The notes under the pieces are model-generated. The model had not been told where the DNA came from and made no database searches. It was given only the letters and a program-made list of their open reading frames with translations. From IMG/VR virus record IMGVR_UViG_3300008448_012223: DNA of 64,000 nucleotides, one strand, 5' to 3'. This document shows, piece after piece, positions 11,012 to 22,280 of the stretch. Position numbers and translations under genes: made by a program. The first letter of the stretch is position 1. Each line of letters begins with the position of its first letter. Source of the DNA: a virus.

Positions 11012-12779
11012 ACGTAAGCTGGATCCAATAGAACTATTCGATGAGTTAGTATATGAAGGCCTAGCTCAGGTTAGGACTGGTCACGTTATAGGTATAGTTG
11101 AATTTGCAGAGCAGTATCTACTGGCCCCCGGCGATACATTATTCCCGCCTCAGAGAGCTATACTGCGCGCTCTCTATAATGAGCCCCTACCAGGGGATGA
11201 GCTAGCTATACTACAACGATGGGCTGAGCAAGATGTAACCACCTGGGTACCAGACCGCTCCTACGTCAACATGGTACTAGAGTGCGGGCGACGAGGAGGT
11301 AAGAGTGTGCTAGCGAGTATATGCGTGCTCTATGAATTCTATTGCCTTATCAACCTAGATAACCCAGCTAAGCACTATGGTCTCCTGAGTGGATCCCCTA
11401 TAGCCATATTTGTTATAGCGCGGAGCGGGGCCCAGGTCAATGAGACACTATTCGGCGCAATCAGGGGCTACGCTAGCCAGAGCGCGTACTTCAAGGGGCT
11501 AGTGAACAGTGGTCAGATAGAGATACTCACGCAGGAGATACGTTGCCCGACTAAGAATATAGCCATCTACGCTAAACACACTAACTCGCAGTCCCTAGTA
11601 GGTTATTCTCTTAAGATGTTAGTTCTAGATGAGGCGGCCCGCTTCGAGTATAACGAGCTAGGAGAATCGAAGGCAGATGATATATGGAGTAACGTAGCTA
11701 AGGGGCTGAGTACCTTCGGCGATAAAGGTAAGAAGATAGCCATTAGTTCTGCTTGGGGTGAGGGGGACTACATACAGAATCTCTATAAGGTAGCGACACG
11801 CGATGCGCGCATGGTGGCATTCCGCCTACGCACCTGGGATATCAATCTACGACCAGAGGTCAGTGAGTATAACCTCAAGAATAGTGAGGACTACATACGC
11901 GATCCCGTAACAGCAGCTCTGGAGTATGAGGGCATACGCTCTAGTAGGCACGGCTCCTTCTTCCAGAAGGAGTATATAGAGGAGGCAGTTAAGGGTCTCT
12001 CTTGTCTGGATGCGCGTTCTATACCACTGGATATAACCAATGGGGATGATACACGCCATTACGTATCACTGCAGATAACTAGACTAGAGAGACTCAGTGA
12101 GGGCCGCTCCTATCTACACGTAGACTACGGGCTCAAGAAGGATAGTGCCGCTATTGCCTTCGTAAGGAGCACTAAGCTAGAGGATGGTAGATGGGGTGTC
12201 ATAGTAGATGGTCTGCTAGTGTGGAAGCCCTATAGTGATAGAGATGATAGGGGGAGGGGCATACAGCGTATAGTCTCCTACCTAGATATAGAGGAGAAGT
12301 TAGTGCAGATATGTCAGGCCCGCCATATTGGTCTCTGCTCATTTGACTCGTACCAATCTCAGTCCACTATACAACGACTACACGCTCACGGCATACGCTC
12401 TACTGAGATGAGTACCACTAATACAGCGCAGCTGAGTTACTATAACCTAACGCGACAACTACTCAATGAGGGGCGCCTGATACTACCTCGCGATAGCACC
12501 TGGACGCATAGTCTGATGGCCGAGATGGGCGGTATATTACAACTGGCTAGTGGTAAGATAACTCACAACGAGCGGGCCAGTGGTAAGGACATAATAGATG
12601 CTGTAGTCAACGCTGTATTCAACTGCGTTAAGGAGGATAGCACTCTCATGGGATTCAGTATAAGTTCTAGTGGCATCAAGAGTATCAGTAGCAAGACACT
12701 CAATAAGAATAGAGAACTAACTACAGCTCGCGGTAAGGGGTTACTACTAGCAGCGCGTAAGCGGCGCCCCTCAATCTAG
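11001..12779 (+). CDS. terL: Terminase large subunit
   Basis: Walker A GRRGGKS, Walker B MLVLDEAA, ISSA coupling motif, RNase H-like YLHVDYGLKKDS and KDIIDA. Confidence 0.9.
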   Translation: MARKRKLDPIELFDELVYEGLAQVRTGHVIGIVEFAEQYLLAPGDTLFPPQRAILRALYNEPLPGDELAILQRWAEQDVTTWVPDRSYVNMVLECGRRGGKSVLASICVLYEFYCLINLDNPAKHYGLLSGSPIAIFVIARSGAQVNETLFGAIRGYASQSAYFKGLVNSGQIEILTQEIRCPTKNIAIYAKHTNSQSLVGYSLKMLVLDEAARFEYNELGESKADDIWSNVAKGLSTFGDKGKKIAISSAWGEGDYIQNLYKVATRDARMVAFRLRTWDINLRPEVSEYNLKNSEDYIRDPVTAALEYEGIRSSRHGSFFQKEYIEEAVKGLSCLDARSIPLDITNGDDTRHYVSLQITRLERLSEGRSYLHVDYGLKKDSAAIAFVRSTKLEDGRWGVIVDGLLVWKPYSDRDDRGRGIQRIVSYLDIEEKLVQICQARHIGLCSFDSYQSQSTIQRLHAHGIRSTEMSTTNTAQLSYYNLTRQLLNEGRLILPRDSTWTHSLMAEMGGILQLASGKITHNERASGKDIIDAVVNAVFNCVKEDSTLMGFSISSSGIKSISSKTLNKNRELTTARGKGLLLAARKRRPSI

Positions 12780-12852
12780 TCATGTCCACAATAGATAAGC
12801 CCATCTCATCCATGATGTATTAAAAGCTGTCCCCAGGCGCGCCATAACTATA

Positions 12853-13488
12853 ATGAAATTATCTCCAGTTGTATTTAAGTTCCAGGAATTATTCGGCTCG
12901 TGGCGATACTACCTGTATATCACGCCGCCGCGTTCTCTCCGTGGGGTCACGCCTGGCACCAGTCAGAGAATACATCTCCAGTCGACTATACCCCTACGCT
13001 TATTGCTGGCCCCCTGCGAGCCGGAGTATATACCGCTGGCCTACCCCCAGTACAGCACGCCGCGAGCCAGCGAGGCACTCAGGCTAGAGAATGCCTATAG
13101 GATAGAGATCTGGAGATGGAGGCAACAATCTAAGGTACCAGGGCGCGTAGTCCTGGACTATCAGGAGTCATTAGTAGACACACGATACTGGTGGATAGGT
13201 ATGTCTACCGGCCGCGAGCGTATAGAGGTAACACCAGTAAACAATATAATTAGTTTATTTGATTACCCCGATATACTGACAGGCATCATTGTTAAAAATG
13301 CACTGGGTGCTAGTGTAGATTACACCGTCAAGGACCAGAGCACTAGCCGAGCAGAGCGCTTCAAGGCAGAGATACAATTACCTAATAATGATCCCGTAGT
13401 AGTAGAATACGATACACCGGTAGTGCCGGTAGAGGTCTCCTATACAGATAATATAGAGGTCAATGAACAGTGGAATCGGATCTACTAA
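12853..13488 (+). CDS. Hypothetical protein
   Basis: 211-aa ORF overlapping the start of the giant gene. Confidence 0.55.
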   Translation: MKLSPVVFKFQELFGSWRYYLYITPPRSLRGVTPGTSQRIHLQSTIPLRLLLAPCEPEYIPLAYPQYSTPRASEALRLENAYRIEIWRWRQQSKVPGRVVLDYQESLVDTRYWWIGMSTGRERIEVTPVNNIISLFDYPDILTGIIVKNALGASVDYTVKDQSTSRAERFKAEIQLPNNDPVVVEYDTPVVPVEVSYTDNIEVNEQWNRIY

Positions 13489-16400
13489 AACAAATAGAGG
13501 AGGCAGGTAAATACCCATCGGCTGGTGTTGGTTCACTAGGAGACTACCCTAGTCGATTCGGCGTGTCATCTCTTAGTGAGACTCAGCGTTTTCTAAGAGA
13601 TGCGCGCCCGAATACTCTACAAGCAGCCCTGTTTTCACACAATAGGTTCCACTCAGATTTTACCCTAGAGTTATTACACGATACTTTTAATAAAGAGAGC
13701 TTCAGGACAATAGGCCAAGAGAGGCAAGATAAATTCTATCAGAGCATGAAGCCATATATAAAAATGGCAGAGGGTATATTTACTAATGAGATGGATTTAT
13801 ACGATAAGGTAGGTGGTACCGTCGTAGTTGACATGACTATATCTAAGAGAGAGTCACAGGCATTAAAGGCAGCATCTAGTAATCTAAACGTCATACCCTA
13901 TATTGCTAATAAGGGTCAGGGCACTACGCTGATGCACTCTAAGCTCGAGTTGATCACCAGAGAAGACGGCACCAATGTAGGTAGAGTACACACGGCTCCT
14001 TATATAACAGAGTACGGAACTAATGCCCTTGAGGTAGGAGCGGTAGTATCAGGTATCGCAGGAGCCGGCGCTATAATATCAGGCAGGGCCCCGCGACTAG
14101 GTATAGTAGGGGCTATAGCCGCTCCTCTACTCATGGGTGCTGGCGTAATGCTCAGGAATACTAATAGTAGTCTTCTTGACATAGGCCTTAAGTCTGATAA
14201 AAAGGACATATTCTACGAAACCAGTAACCCTAAGTTTGTTGCTGAACTCCGCACTTATATGCGTTCCTTAGCAGGCGGCAGGGAGCTAGATACTTCTAGC
14301 AATAGATTCATATTAGGTGAGTCAGAAGCTATATTAGCCATGACCCGCGACGCGCAGAGGGCCAATGGCATAGTACTGAGCCCAGCAAGCTGGAGCCTAG
14401 CTCAAGCAAGAGATGATAGTGGAAGTATTATCAGTCGAGATAATAATTTAGATAGGACTCACTACGCCAGACTAGAGAACTTCGAGAACACTATAGTAGA
14501 GCGGGCGCCCGACATACCAATATTAATGGCTACTAGTGGCCGGGTAGATTCCAGTATACGTAATCGTCTGCAGCAGGCCGGCGTTATAGTGGGCTCTAAC
14601 GTAGGTACTCATTATAATAAACACCTATTCGAGAATATAGATGAGGAGGGCACTGATGTACTCTATATGGGCACTCGACGCCTCAGTGCTCAGCACAATA
14701 GGGAGATCATGATACGGTTGACTAGCGGGGATGACCCCGCTGCCTTCGCGTATTATAAGGGCATGTTATTGTCTGATAATAAGTTCAACGTCTCCGATAT
14801 AGCGATGACGCAGATGGGTTATACCAATAAGTCATTTATACGTGCTACTACTGGTACTACTATATCTCAACTACCCAGCTTCCTGGGAGCCTCTCATTTC
14901 TATGAGGTGGCCATCAATAACGCAGCCCGCGCTCGAGTAAGCGGACACCTAGACTGGAGAGAATCATTAGAGTCTTATACCAATAGGCCGGGCATAGCCG
15001 CACAGAACTACCTAGCGCGCGCTGCGCTAAGTGGGACCCCCAGTGCTGTACCAGACCAGGTCCGCGATTACGATAGAGCTCTATTAGCGCCAGGCCTAGG
15101 CTCTCTCATTAATGAATACACTATCATGGCTGGCTTCGGCAGGCTATATAAGGATGAGGTGGGGGCCCTACCTAGTATAACGGGGGCCTTCGGTGCAGTA
15201 CTAGATAGAACACTGACATACTACGGCACATTCTTCGACTACGATGAGACGCGCGATAGTATGGTACCGGTGGCTGGTGTATACGAGAATGCGCTTACAT
15301 TTGCTAGTAGCTTCGTAATGACTACAGCGGCCAGTATGGGACTATACTTCAGTGTAGGTATACCCCTAGGTTACATAACTGCAGAACTAAATAAGTCGAT
15401 GGTCCAGGGCACTATCGATAGCGCTGTACAGAAGACAAAAGGAAAAAGATATCCTCAGCACACACCTATACTAGACTTTTCTCCCATCGATAATTTCGAG
15501 TTAGCTAAATACATGCAGGAAGTTCAGGGGCTTAGCGGAGGCACCCTCGACAATTATTACACTAATCGTATAAATACACTGCCCGCTCTCAATAACCTAT
15601 TTTATAGAGAGAGGGGGTCCACCTTCTTCGAGTATATAACTAAGCCCTTCATACTAGATGTCATGAATCCCTATGAGAGAGGGAGTGCAGAGGACATTAA
15701 GTTAAGGCGCTCTGCGGATGCCTTCCATGATTCATTGCGGCGTCCTATTGGTCTAGAGGCCACTTTTGAAGAGAGGTATAACCAAGTCTCGGGTAAGATG
15801 GAGCCATTCCTAGTGTCGCTCAGGGCCACTAACATAGGCTTCGAGAGACAACGAGAATTAGCAATACTAATTGACGAGGTAGGGGCTAGTCTACCTGCTG
15901 CACCCTGGCGCTGGGGATGGGGGGTGGGTAAGGAAGACAGCCGCTCCTTTGTGAGTATGGCAGAGGTATTCAGCTTTAGTGAGATGGCAGAATCCTTCCA
16001 TAGAATCTTAGGTACTGGAAGCCAGAGCCTCAACTACATAGTCAGTAGTAGCGAGAATAACACTAGAGGTATGAAGGGTCTCCTCATGCGAGGAGGGGCT
16101 ATGCTGGGGGGAGTGATGCGTTCTACTAAGGCGCGCCTCCAGGGCAATAACTTATTTATGGGTATAGGGCCCATAGCAACTACTAATCTAGCTGCAGAGT
16201 ATAAGAAACTCATGAAGTTAGAGAGACAGATGTTAGTAGAGAACCTACTGACATGGGAGGTAGGCATTAATGGACAAGGTAGTCGTCAGATAGGTAATGT
16301 ACAAACTAGCGAGCAGCGCCAGTTAGTTGCTAAGTTTGTAGATCAGTTGATAGTCTACAATCAGGCCATACAGAGTAGTCCTCACTATCAGCAGGCAGTA

Positions 16401-19400
16401 CAACGAGCAGCGGGGGCCACGGCAGCTCAAGAGGATCTATTCAGGTTAATATCAGGGCGTAATAGTCGCTTCCTAACCTCATCGTTCTTCCGCAATAAGG
16501 GTGTTATAGGTGCCTCTGTATTAGCTCTTATGAACGTACAGACTGGCCTAGCTAATATACTAGATGCCAGTGGGCCTAGCTTCCTGCGTTCTATTAACCT
16601 GCAGTTCGGTGCTGTCGACGTAGAGGAGGTGCGCTACAATAACCGCAATCTAATACTCGAGGGGCCCGTCATGGGGGCTGCCTATACGGCATTAGCAGTA
16701 GCCGGGGGTTATGTAGGTAGTGAGGTATTTGGCAGTATGGCTATTAACCGGTATAGTCTCAGCGATGAGTTGTATGCCAATGGTATCAGTCGTCTAATAT
16801 CCGCAGAGGCGGAGGAGGTACTGAAGCGAGGCACTCTAGTCAAGAAGGGTAATAGATTCATGACGTGGGGTCTAACTACAGCAGCGCTACTATGGGCCCC
16901 CCGCGTCATCACTGGTGTAGGTAACTTTATAATGAATACCTTCAACCGTATGACAGGGCAAGAGGGGCAGGTACTAGACGAGAACTACGCAACAGTAGGT
17001 AGTCTCCAGGCATGGAAACAATCAGTACTCAATAGGGTTAATACAGGCACGCTAGTTGGCAATAGAACTGAGAGGACTCTAGAGGCATGGTCTGCATTCG
17101 TAGCAGGACGCATTAGTGCCCACACACCGGTAGCAGCTATAAGTCGACGGGCCAAAACTATAGAGGTCTACGCGAGCCAGGCCCCCACGTCCTACATACA
17201 GTTCTTCATAGCGGAGTCACGGCGCCGTGGTTCTGAGATAGATAAAGGCGTATACAGTTATAGTATGGGGGTACAATCAGCACCTGTACTGGGTATCTCT
17301 ATGAGCGTGTCAGCCCCCCTAGCCTTCGACGCTAATAAGCCCTTCGCTGAGGCCTTCATATATAACCAGGAGAAGGATAACGTTATCAATTACATACAGA
17401 GCGCTGGTAATGTATCATTAGCAGTATCGTTAACGGCGGGTCTAGTTAGTCTGTCTGCTCTGTTACCAGAGTACGCGCGCTCTAAGATACTACGCGATCC
17501 AACGATAGGTGCGGGTGCGAAGGATCTCAGCAATAAGATGACTAACTTAGCAGTACTAGTAGATGACTGGGGCGGCCGGGCTATGAATATACCCATAGCA
17601 GGTGCACGAACTGCGGTTGGTTCCTTCTGGCATTACTCAGGTAAGGTAATAGACACAATGGCGGGGTTTAGTTACGGGGCACTACAAGGATTCGATAAGC
17701 TAGATAGAAGACTAGCTAAGGTCATAGCTCTGAGTAACTTTATTGTACCGCCTGTGCTAGGCGCACTATTTGGACTAACGGGCACGAGTCCTCTAACAAG
17801 TTCTCTACTTGTAGGTACTTCTCTGGCCTTTGCATATTCCTTCGCTATGAAGCACGATCCATGGCGTAAGAATGTAGCGGCGCTACAATCTCGTGTAGCG
17901 AGAGTAACAGGTATGAATGATATTAGTATAAGCCGCGGTATGCATACGGGTCTACGCAGATGGCGGGCCTATCGCATGCCACTACTTCTTGGCACTACAG
18001 CAGCCCTATTCCAGACTAAGACTGGGTGGAACATAAGTGAGGGCATGGACGACAATGTCATGACTCGACTAGCTACAGTGGGGCTCTATGCCGGCGTAAA
18101 CGCTATGGCAGTAGTAGAACTAGCAGACCTCGGGCTAGACCCAGGCGCTACTATAGAGCGGTATCGTAGAATGAGGGCCAAGGTAGGTAAGATGCACCCA
18201 CTGAACCCACTAGGTATGTGGCGGCGGCTACGTCTAGCCTCTCTTGAGAGAGACATACGGTCTGATTTCAATACTGTAGAGACCTACCTATCAGACTACC
18301 GTAATAATCGACGGGGCTATCATAGCTTCGATTTACTAGATGAACACCTGAAGACACAGCATGGCAAAGCATACCATGATGCTATGAATGAACACGGCCG
18401 GCGTCCATCTAACTTCCAGGTACGGGACATTATAGACGAGGCAGGTAACTATAGACTAACAGATTACGGTGAGAACCTACGCACCCTAGTAGATAGCCGG
18501 GACTACCTCAAGTATAGAAACGCCAGAATACTGGGGCCCGGCGGTAATAGGCTATTACGTTCTGCAGCGGCACTAGGTACCGTGAACATAGCCGCTACTG
18601 CTCTTCTATTAGGTGTAGGTGCTATATTATCTGGCTCAGGTAATCAGGAGGAAGCAACAGCGGGCTTCTATAATGCTATGGATGGCACGCCGCTGGAGTT
18701 CGTATCTAATGCATTCCGTCTAGTCACACGACGGGATATAGCTGTGGCACCGGATCCTCTGGAGCCTCTGATTGTAATGGCAGATGGCGCCTATAAGCGT
18801 AAGCGCGGCGTGCGCTTAATCAACCCCATAGAGAGCAACGTAGGGCGTATGAGTACTGCAATAGATAACCTACGCAGCAGCTTTGTATTAAATGCCAGTA
18901 ACCCATTCATGAGTGTCCTAGTATTCGGTACTAGTGTGCGAGAGGGAGAGCTAGGCTCGCGTCAGACCTTCTACATGCAGCTACAGTCTACTAACCAGGA
19001 CATCAGTACGGCAGTATATTCTACAGCGCCAGCCTATATGTTCAAGATGGTCAAGGCAGGGGCCATGGGCCAGCTATACGCGCGCGACTACCGTAAGGCT
19101 AATATAACTGATGCCTCGATGAATGACTTATCAAAGGATCAGCGCAAGTTTATGGCCATCAGCGTAGTCAGTCTAACAGCACGATTAGACCCACTGACTG
19201 ATAAGAACCGCCGGCGCGTAACTAGCCCATTCAATAGAGCCAGCCTGGCCCTCTATAGAGCGGATCCGTTGATGAACATAGCGTTGAGTAGTCGCCTGCA
19301 GGTAATACGCAACTTCGCATATCAGCGGCCCGAGTCACTAGTATCTGAGATGACTAATCTAGGTAATCCTGATGGTATGAATCCCCGGGATAGTAAGAAA

Positions 19401-22166
19401 CCCAAGTCATATCTAGACACGCTAATTGCATCGTTGAGTAAGGGAGACATGCGACTATTAGCAGAAACTGCATTCCCTGGCCTGGCATCCAGAGTGGCTA
19501 ATCCCCTCAACTTCGTACAGTACGAGAACTTCATTAAGTACTCGTCGGAACGGCGTACAGGAGGTAGACGGGTAGATATATATGCTGCAGATGGAGACTG
19601 GCTGGAGATGGGCGCGCCTACATCAATGAGGACAGAGGAGAGCAATATCCTGGGGATGATGGGATCCTTCTTAGTTAACTTCTGGGGTAAGATACCACTA
19701 ATCAACACACCCATTATGACGAGTCTAGCTGGGGGCGTTGCAGCCACTATGATTGCGGGCGCGATAGGCGCGATGATGAGTTTATTTGGCGTACTAGAGG
19801 GAGGTAAGCAGGCACGAGCTATAGATAACGTTATGACTGAGCTGCGTGTTCTATGGGCCGGTGAGAAGGCAGAACACTTTATTATAACGGCACCCCAGGC
19901 TAAGAGCCCCCTAGGAGAGAACCGTATGAAGTATGAGGTGAAGCGGGGCCGCTTCACCTATACGCTACACGCCAGTCCACCTGATGGCATGGGCGGAGAG
20001 GTAGGGAAGAGAATAGGTTATTTCCTCAATAGTTCTATGAGTATAACCGCAAATGACGGGATGGATGCTCTAATGGCGCGCGTATACGATGCCCCTATTA
20101 TAAACGAGAGCACTGTACGCAGTATAGGTGATAGGGATGCTCTAGTACGTAAATTAGTAGATAGTCTAGATGACGCTATAAGCCGCGGGTCCGATAGCTT
20201 CCTAACTAAGATATTAAACCTACTAGATAGCGATATATCAATTAATAACGGGCCCGCCCTCTTCTCACAGAAGGCCTACTCACTACTAGGATTAAACGAG
20301 GAGACATTCAAGATACAGTATGGAGATGCTAACTCATTCCTAAGACGTCGTATACGCGAGGTTATCGAGGAGACGATAGAGCGCGAGGTTATACGTAATA
20401 TATCTCTTAACCCCGATCCTGGTGATGCCTTCATGATATCATCGCGCTTCCGTGGTCTGACATCAGACGAACAGATACGCATCATAAGCGCTAGCGTACT
20501 AAATGAACTAGGCTTCCTATTCAAGGATATCAAGGAGAAGGCGCTGATAATGGCTGGGGCCACTACTGATATAGAAGTATTGCGTAGTCGCAATCAGAGA
20601 GTAGAGGGCTGGGCCAATAAGCAGGGCGGCATTATAGATATAGAGCGGAAGAAGGCCCCCCAATGGAAGCGTATATTCCACTGGGATAGCGGTAAGGCTC
20701 CCATAGCTGACCCCTCAGAGATAAAGGTCTACCCATTTTTTAAGGCGCGGCTCAGCGCATGGGGATCGCTTCAGGCATTAGGCGGCGGCGTTATGACAGC
20801 CTGGGGGGGCATAGAGAGTCTAGATGTGGGTAGTGCATTTTTAAGACTCGGCCGATCTCAGCGGGATGAGTTATACACTGAGGCAGAGAGACAGCTACTT
20901 GAGGAGCATGCTGGTATGACAGTGCGTAACTCCATAACTGGTATAGTCACAGGTCTAATAGCTGCTAAAGCAATAGGAGCTATAGGCGCGGCAGTCATGG
21001 GCGCCCCTCTAATAGCAGCAATAGGGGTGGTAGCAATAGGCGTAGGTATAGCAACAGGACTATTTGCATGGGGCTATAAACACCTAGAGGCAGTCACCAA
21101 GGGCGATGCCTGGCAGGACTTCAGTCAAGCTAGCGAGAGATTCTGGGCCGGCGTAGATAGAGCTATAGGCGACATAATAGGAGATAAGATACCCAGCGTT
21201 CTATCATTGGGTAATGATGAGGTCAAGGGCGTCATTACATCGGCTATAGGCATGGCACTAGGTGCAATGTCACTAGTCGGGGCGGCTGCAAGCTGGTTCA
21301 AGGGCGCGGGCTGGAGTCTAATAGCTAAATCAGGCCTGGGGGGCCTTCTAGGAGGGGCAGTTATAACTGCCACCCCAGGTGTACACGAGACACTGGCCCG
21401 CGGTAGTAGCGTCGCAGTAGAGGGCATGGGTAAGATAACAGGGCTGAATATGTTTGTCACGCCAACAGATTATCTACTAGCGCGTTATAAACAAGGGCCA
21501 GGCGGCATGACACTAGCTATGCCAGGGCGCGCCTTCCAATACAACGCGGATAGATGGGCCGAAGCTAGCAAGGACTCCGCTGGTAATAGGACGGCAGCTA
21601 TGCTGTTACCGACACCTGATGGAGGGGATAGTAACATACAACTACTAGATCCATTCACAGAGAGAGAGATAGCACGACGGGCCCGTCTCTTCAACGTAGA
21701 GATATTCGGACAGACCAGTTGGGTCAAGTCAGCGCGGGCCAGTAGTGATTGGGGCTCCATAAAGATATACGTTAGACAGCAGATGCTAGGCCAGTATAAA
21801 AACAACATGGCGGCTATTCGCGCTACTGTATCAGACACTATGAATAAGCTGGCCCAGTCAGCTACTCCTTATAATACAGAGGTGGCCCGTCTAGCCATAG
21901 CCGTCAGTAAGACAGTAGGCGGGCCCGCACCCGCTACTCAATCTCGAGCCATTATAAGCAATAATGGTAACTTCAGCCCCGAGCTGAAGGAGATAGCAGA
22001 GGAGGCAACACGACGGGGCCATATAGCACTAATATCTCAGGAGACCAGCGCCGAGCAGAATGGTAATACAGTAACAGTCACAACAAGACCCAGTGACGAT
22101 AATAGTCTCTGGGTCAATAGGTTAGATGGTAAACTTGATAGAGAGGCAATGTTACGCATGGGCTAG
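13470..22166 (+). CDS. Giant tape-measure-like / ejected virion protein with many hydrophobic segments and a possible degenerate PLD-like N-terminal region
   Basis: 2898-aa uninterrupted ORF, Ala/Gly-rich helical composition, multiple TM-like stretches, last gene of the + strand block. Confidence 0.6.
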   Translation: MESDLLKQIEEAGKYPSAGVGSLGDYPSRFGVSSLSETQRFLRDARPNTLQAALFSHNRFHSDFTLELLHDTFNKESFRTIGQERQDKFYQSMKPYIKMAEGIFTNEMDLYDKVGGTVVVDMTISKRESQALKAASSNLNVIPYIANKGQGTTLMHSKLELITREDGTNVGRVHTAPYITEYGTNALEVGAVVSGIAGAGAIISGRAPRLGIVGAIAAPLLMGAGVMLRNTNSSLLDIGLKSDKKDIFYETSNPKFVAELRTYMRSLAGGRELDTSSNRFILGESEAILAMTRDAQRANGIVLSPASWSLAQARDDSGSIISRDNNLDRTHYARLENFENTIVERAPDIPILMATSGRVDSSIRNRLQQAGVIVGSNVGTHYNKHLFENIDEEGTDVLYMGTRRLSAQHNREIMIRLTSGDDPAAFAYYKGMLLSDNKFNVSDIAMTQMGYTNKSFIRATTGTTISQLPSFLGASHFYEVAINNAARARVSGHLDWRESLESYTNRPGIAAQNYLARAALSGTPSAVPDQVRDYDRALLAPGLGSLINEYTIMAGFGRLYKDEVGALPSITGAFGAVLDRTLTYYGTFFDYDETRDSMVPVAGVYENALTFASSFVMTTAASMGLYFSVGIPLGYITAELNKSMVQGTIDSAVQKTKGKRYPQHTPILDFSPIDNFELAKYMQEVQGLSGGTLDNYYTNRINTLPALNNLFYRERGSTFFEYITKPFILDVMNPYERGSAEDIKLRRSADAFHDSLRRPIGLEATFEERYNQVSGKMEPFLVSLRATNIGFERQRELAILIDEVGASLPAAPWRWGWGVGKEDSRSFVSMAEVFSFSEMAESFHRILGTGSQSLNYIVSSSENNTRGMKGLLMRGGAMLGGVMRSTKARLQGNNLFMGIGPIATTNLAAEYKKLMKLERQMLVENLLTWEVGINGQGSRQIGNVQTSEQRQLVAKFVDQLIVYNQAIQSSPHYQQAVQRAAGATAAQEDLFRLISGRNSRFLTSSFFRNKGVIGASVLALMNVQTGLANILDASGPSFLRSINLQFGAVDVEEVRYNNRNLILEGPVMGAAYTALAVAGGYVGSEVFGSMAINRYSLSDELYANGISRLISAEAEEVLKRGTLVKKGNRFMTWGLTTAALLWAPRVITGVGNFIMNTFNRMTGQEGQVLDENYATVGSLQAWKQSVLNRVNTGTLVGNRTERTLEAWSAFVAGRISAHTPVAAISRRAKTIEVYASQAPTSYIQFFIAESRRRGSEIDKGVYSYSMGVQSAPVLGISMSVSAPLAFDANKPFAEAFIYNQEKDNVINYIQSAGNVSLAVSLTAGLVSLSALLPEYARSKILRDPTIGAGAKDLSNKMTNLAVLVDDWGGRAMNIPIAGARTAVGSFWHYSGKVIDTMAGFSYGALQGFDKLDRRLAKVIALSNFIVPPVLGALFGLTGTSPLTSSLLVGTSLAFAYSFAMKHDPWRKNVAALQSRVARVTGMNDISISRGMHTGLRRWRAYRMPLLLGTTAALFQTKTGWNISEGMDDNVMTRLATVGLYAGVNAMAVVELADLGLDPGATIERYRRMRAKVGKMHPLNPLGMWRRLRLASLERDIRSDFNTVETYLSDYRNNRRGYHSFDLLDEHLKTQHGKAYHDAMNEHGRRPSNFQVRDIIDEAGNYRLTDYGENLRTLVDSRDYLKYRNARILGPGGNRLLRSAAALGTVNIAATALLLGVGAILSGSGNQEEATAGFYNAMDGTPLEFVSNAFRLVTRRDIAVAPDPLEPLIVMADGAYKRKRGVRLINPIESNVGRMSTAIDNLRSSFVLNASNPFMSVLVFGTSVREGELGSRQTFYMQLQSTNQDISTAVYSTAPAYMFKMVKAGAMGQLYARDYRKANITDASMNDLSKDQRKFMAISVVSLTARLDPLTDKNRRRVTSPFNRASLALYRADPLMNIALSSRLQVIRNFAYQRPESLVSEMTNLGNPDGMNPRDSKKPKSYLDTLIASLSKGDMRLLAETAFPGLASRVANPLNFVQYENFIKYSSERRTGGRRVDIYAADGDWLEMGAPTSMRTEESNILGMMGSFLVNFWGKIPLINTPIMTSLAGGVAATMIAGAIGAMMSLFGVLEGGKQARAIDNVMTELRVLWAGEKAEHFIITAPQAKSPLGENRMKYEVKRGRFTYTLHASPPDGMGGEVGKRIGYFLNSSMSITANDGMDALMARVYDAPIINESTVRSIGDRDALVRKLVDSLDDAISRGSDSFLTKILNLLDSDISINNGPALFSQKAYSLLGLNEETFKIQYGDANSFLRRRIREVIEETIEREVIRNISLNPDPGDAFMISSRFRGLTSDEQIRIISASVLNELGFLFKDIKEKALIMAGATTDIEVLRSRNQRVEGWANKQGGIIDIERKKAPQWKRIFHWDSGKAPIADPSEIKVYPFFKARLSAWGSLQALGGGVMTAWGGIESLDVGSAFLRLGRSQRDELYTEAERQLLEEHAGMTVRNSITGIVTGLIAAKAIGAIGAAVMGAPLIAAIGVVAIGVGIATGLFAWGYKHLEAVTKGDAWQDFSQASERFWAGVDRAIGDIIGDKIPSVLSLGNDEVKGVITSAIGMALGAMSLVGAAASWFKGAGWSLIAKSGLGGLLGGAVITATPGVHETLARGSSVAVEGMGKITGLNMFVTPTDYLLARYKQGPGGMTLAMPGRAFQYNADRWAEASKDSAGNRTAAMLLPTPDGGDSNIQLLDPFTEREIARRARLFNVEIFGQTSWVKSARASSDWGSIKIYVRQQMLGQYKNNMAAIRATVSDTMNKLAQSATPYNTEVARLAIAVSKTVGGPAPATQSRAIISNNGNFSPELKEIAEEATRRGHIALISQETSAEQNGNTVTVTTRPSDDNSLWVNRLDGKLDREAMLRMG

Positions 22167-22199
22167 GCCCTCGTGTCAGGAATCCCCAACATTATTAGC

Positions 22200-22229
22200 T
22201 TGACTCAACCTATCCTAATAAGCTAAGAT
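22200..22229 (+). promoter_or_regulatory. Sigma70-like promoter
   Basis: TTGACT-18 nt-TAAGAT immediately after the giant gene. Confidence 0.4.
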
Positions 22230-22250
22230 GGGGGGATGCATTTGTAAAGA

Positions 22251-22280
22251 GCCAGTACCCCTACAGGTACTGGCTTTTTT
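22251..22280 (+). terminator. Rho-independent terminator
   Basis: gccagtacc-cctaca-ggtactggc followed by T6; A-rich upstream. Confidence 0.8.
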
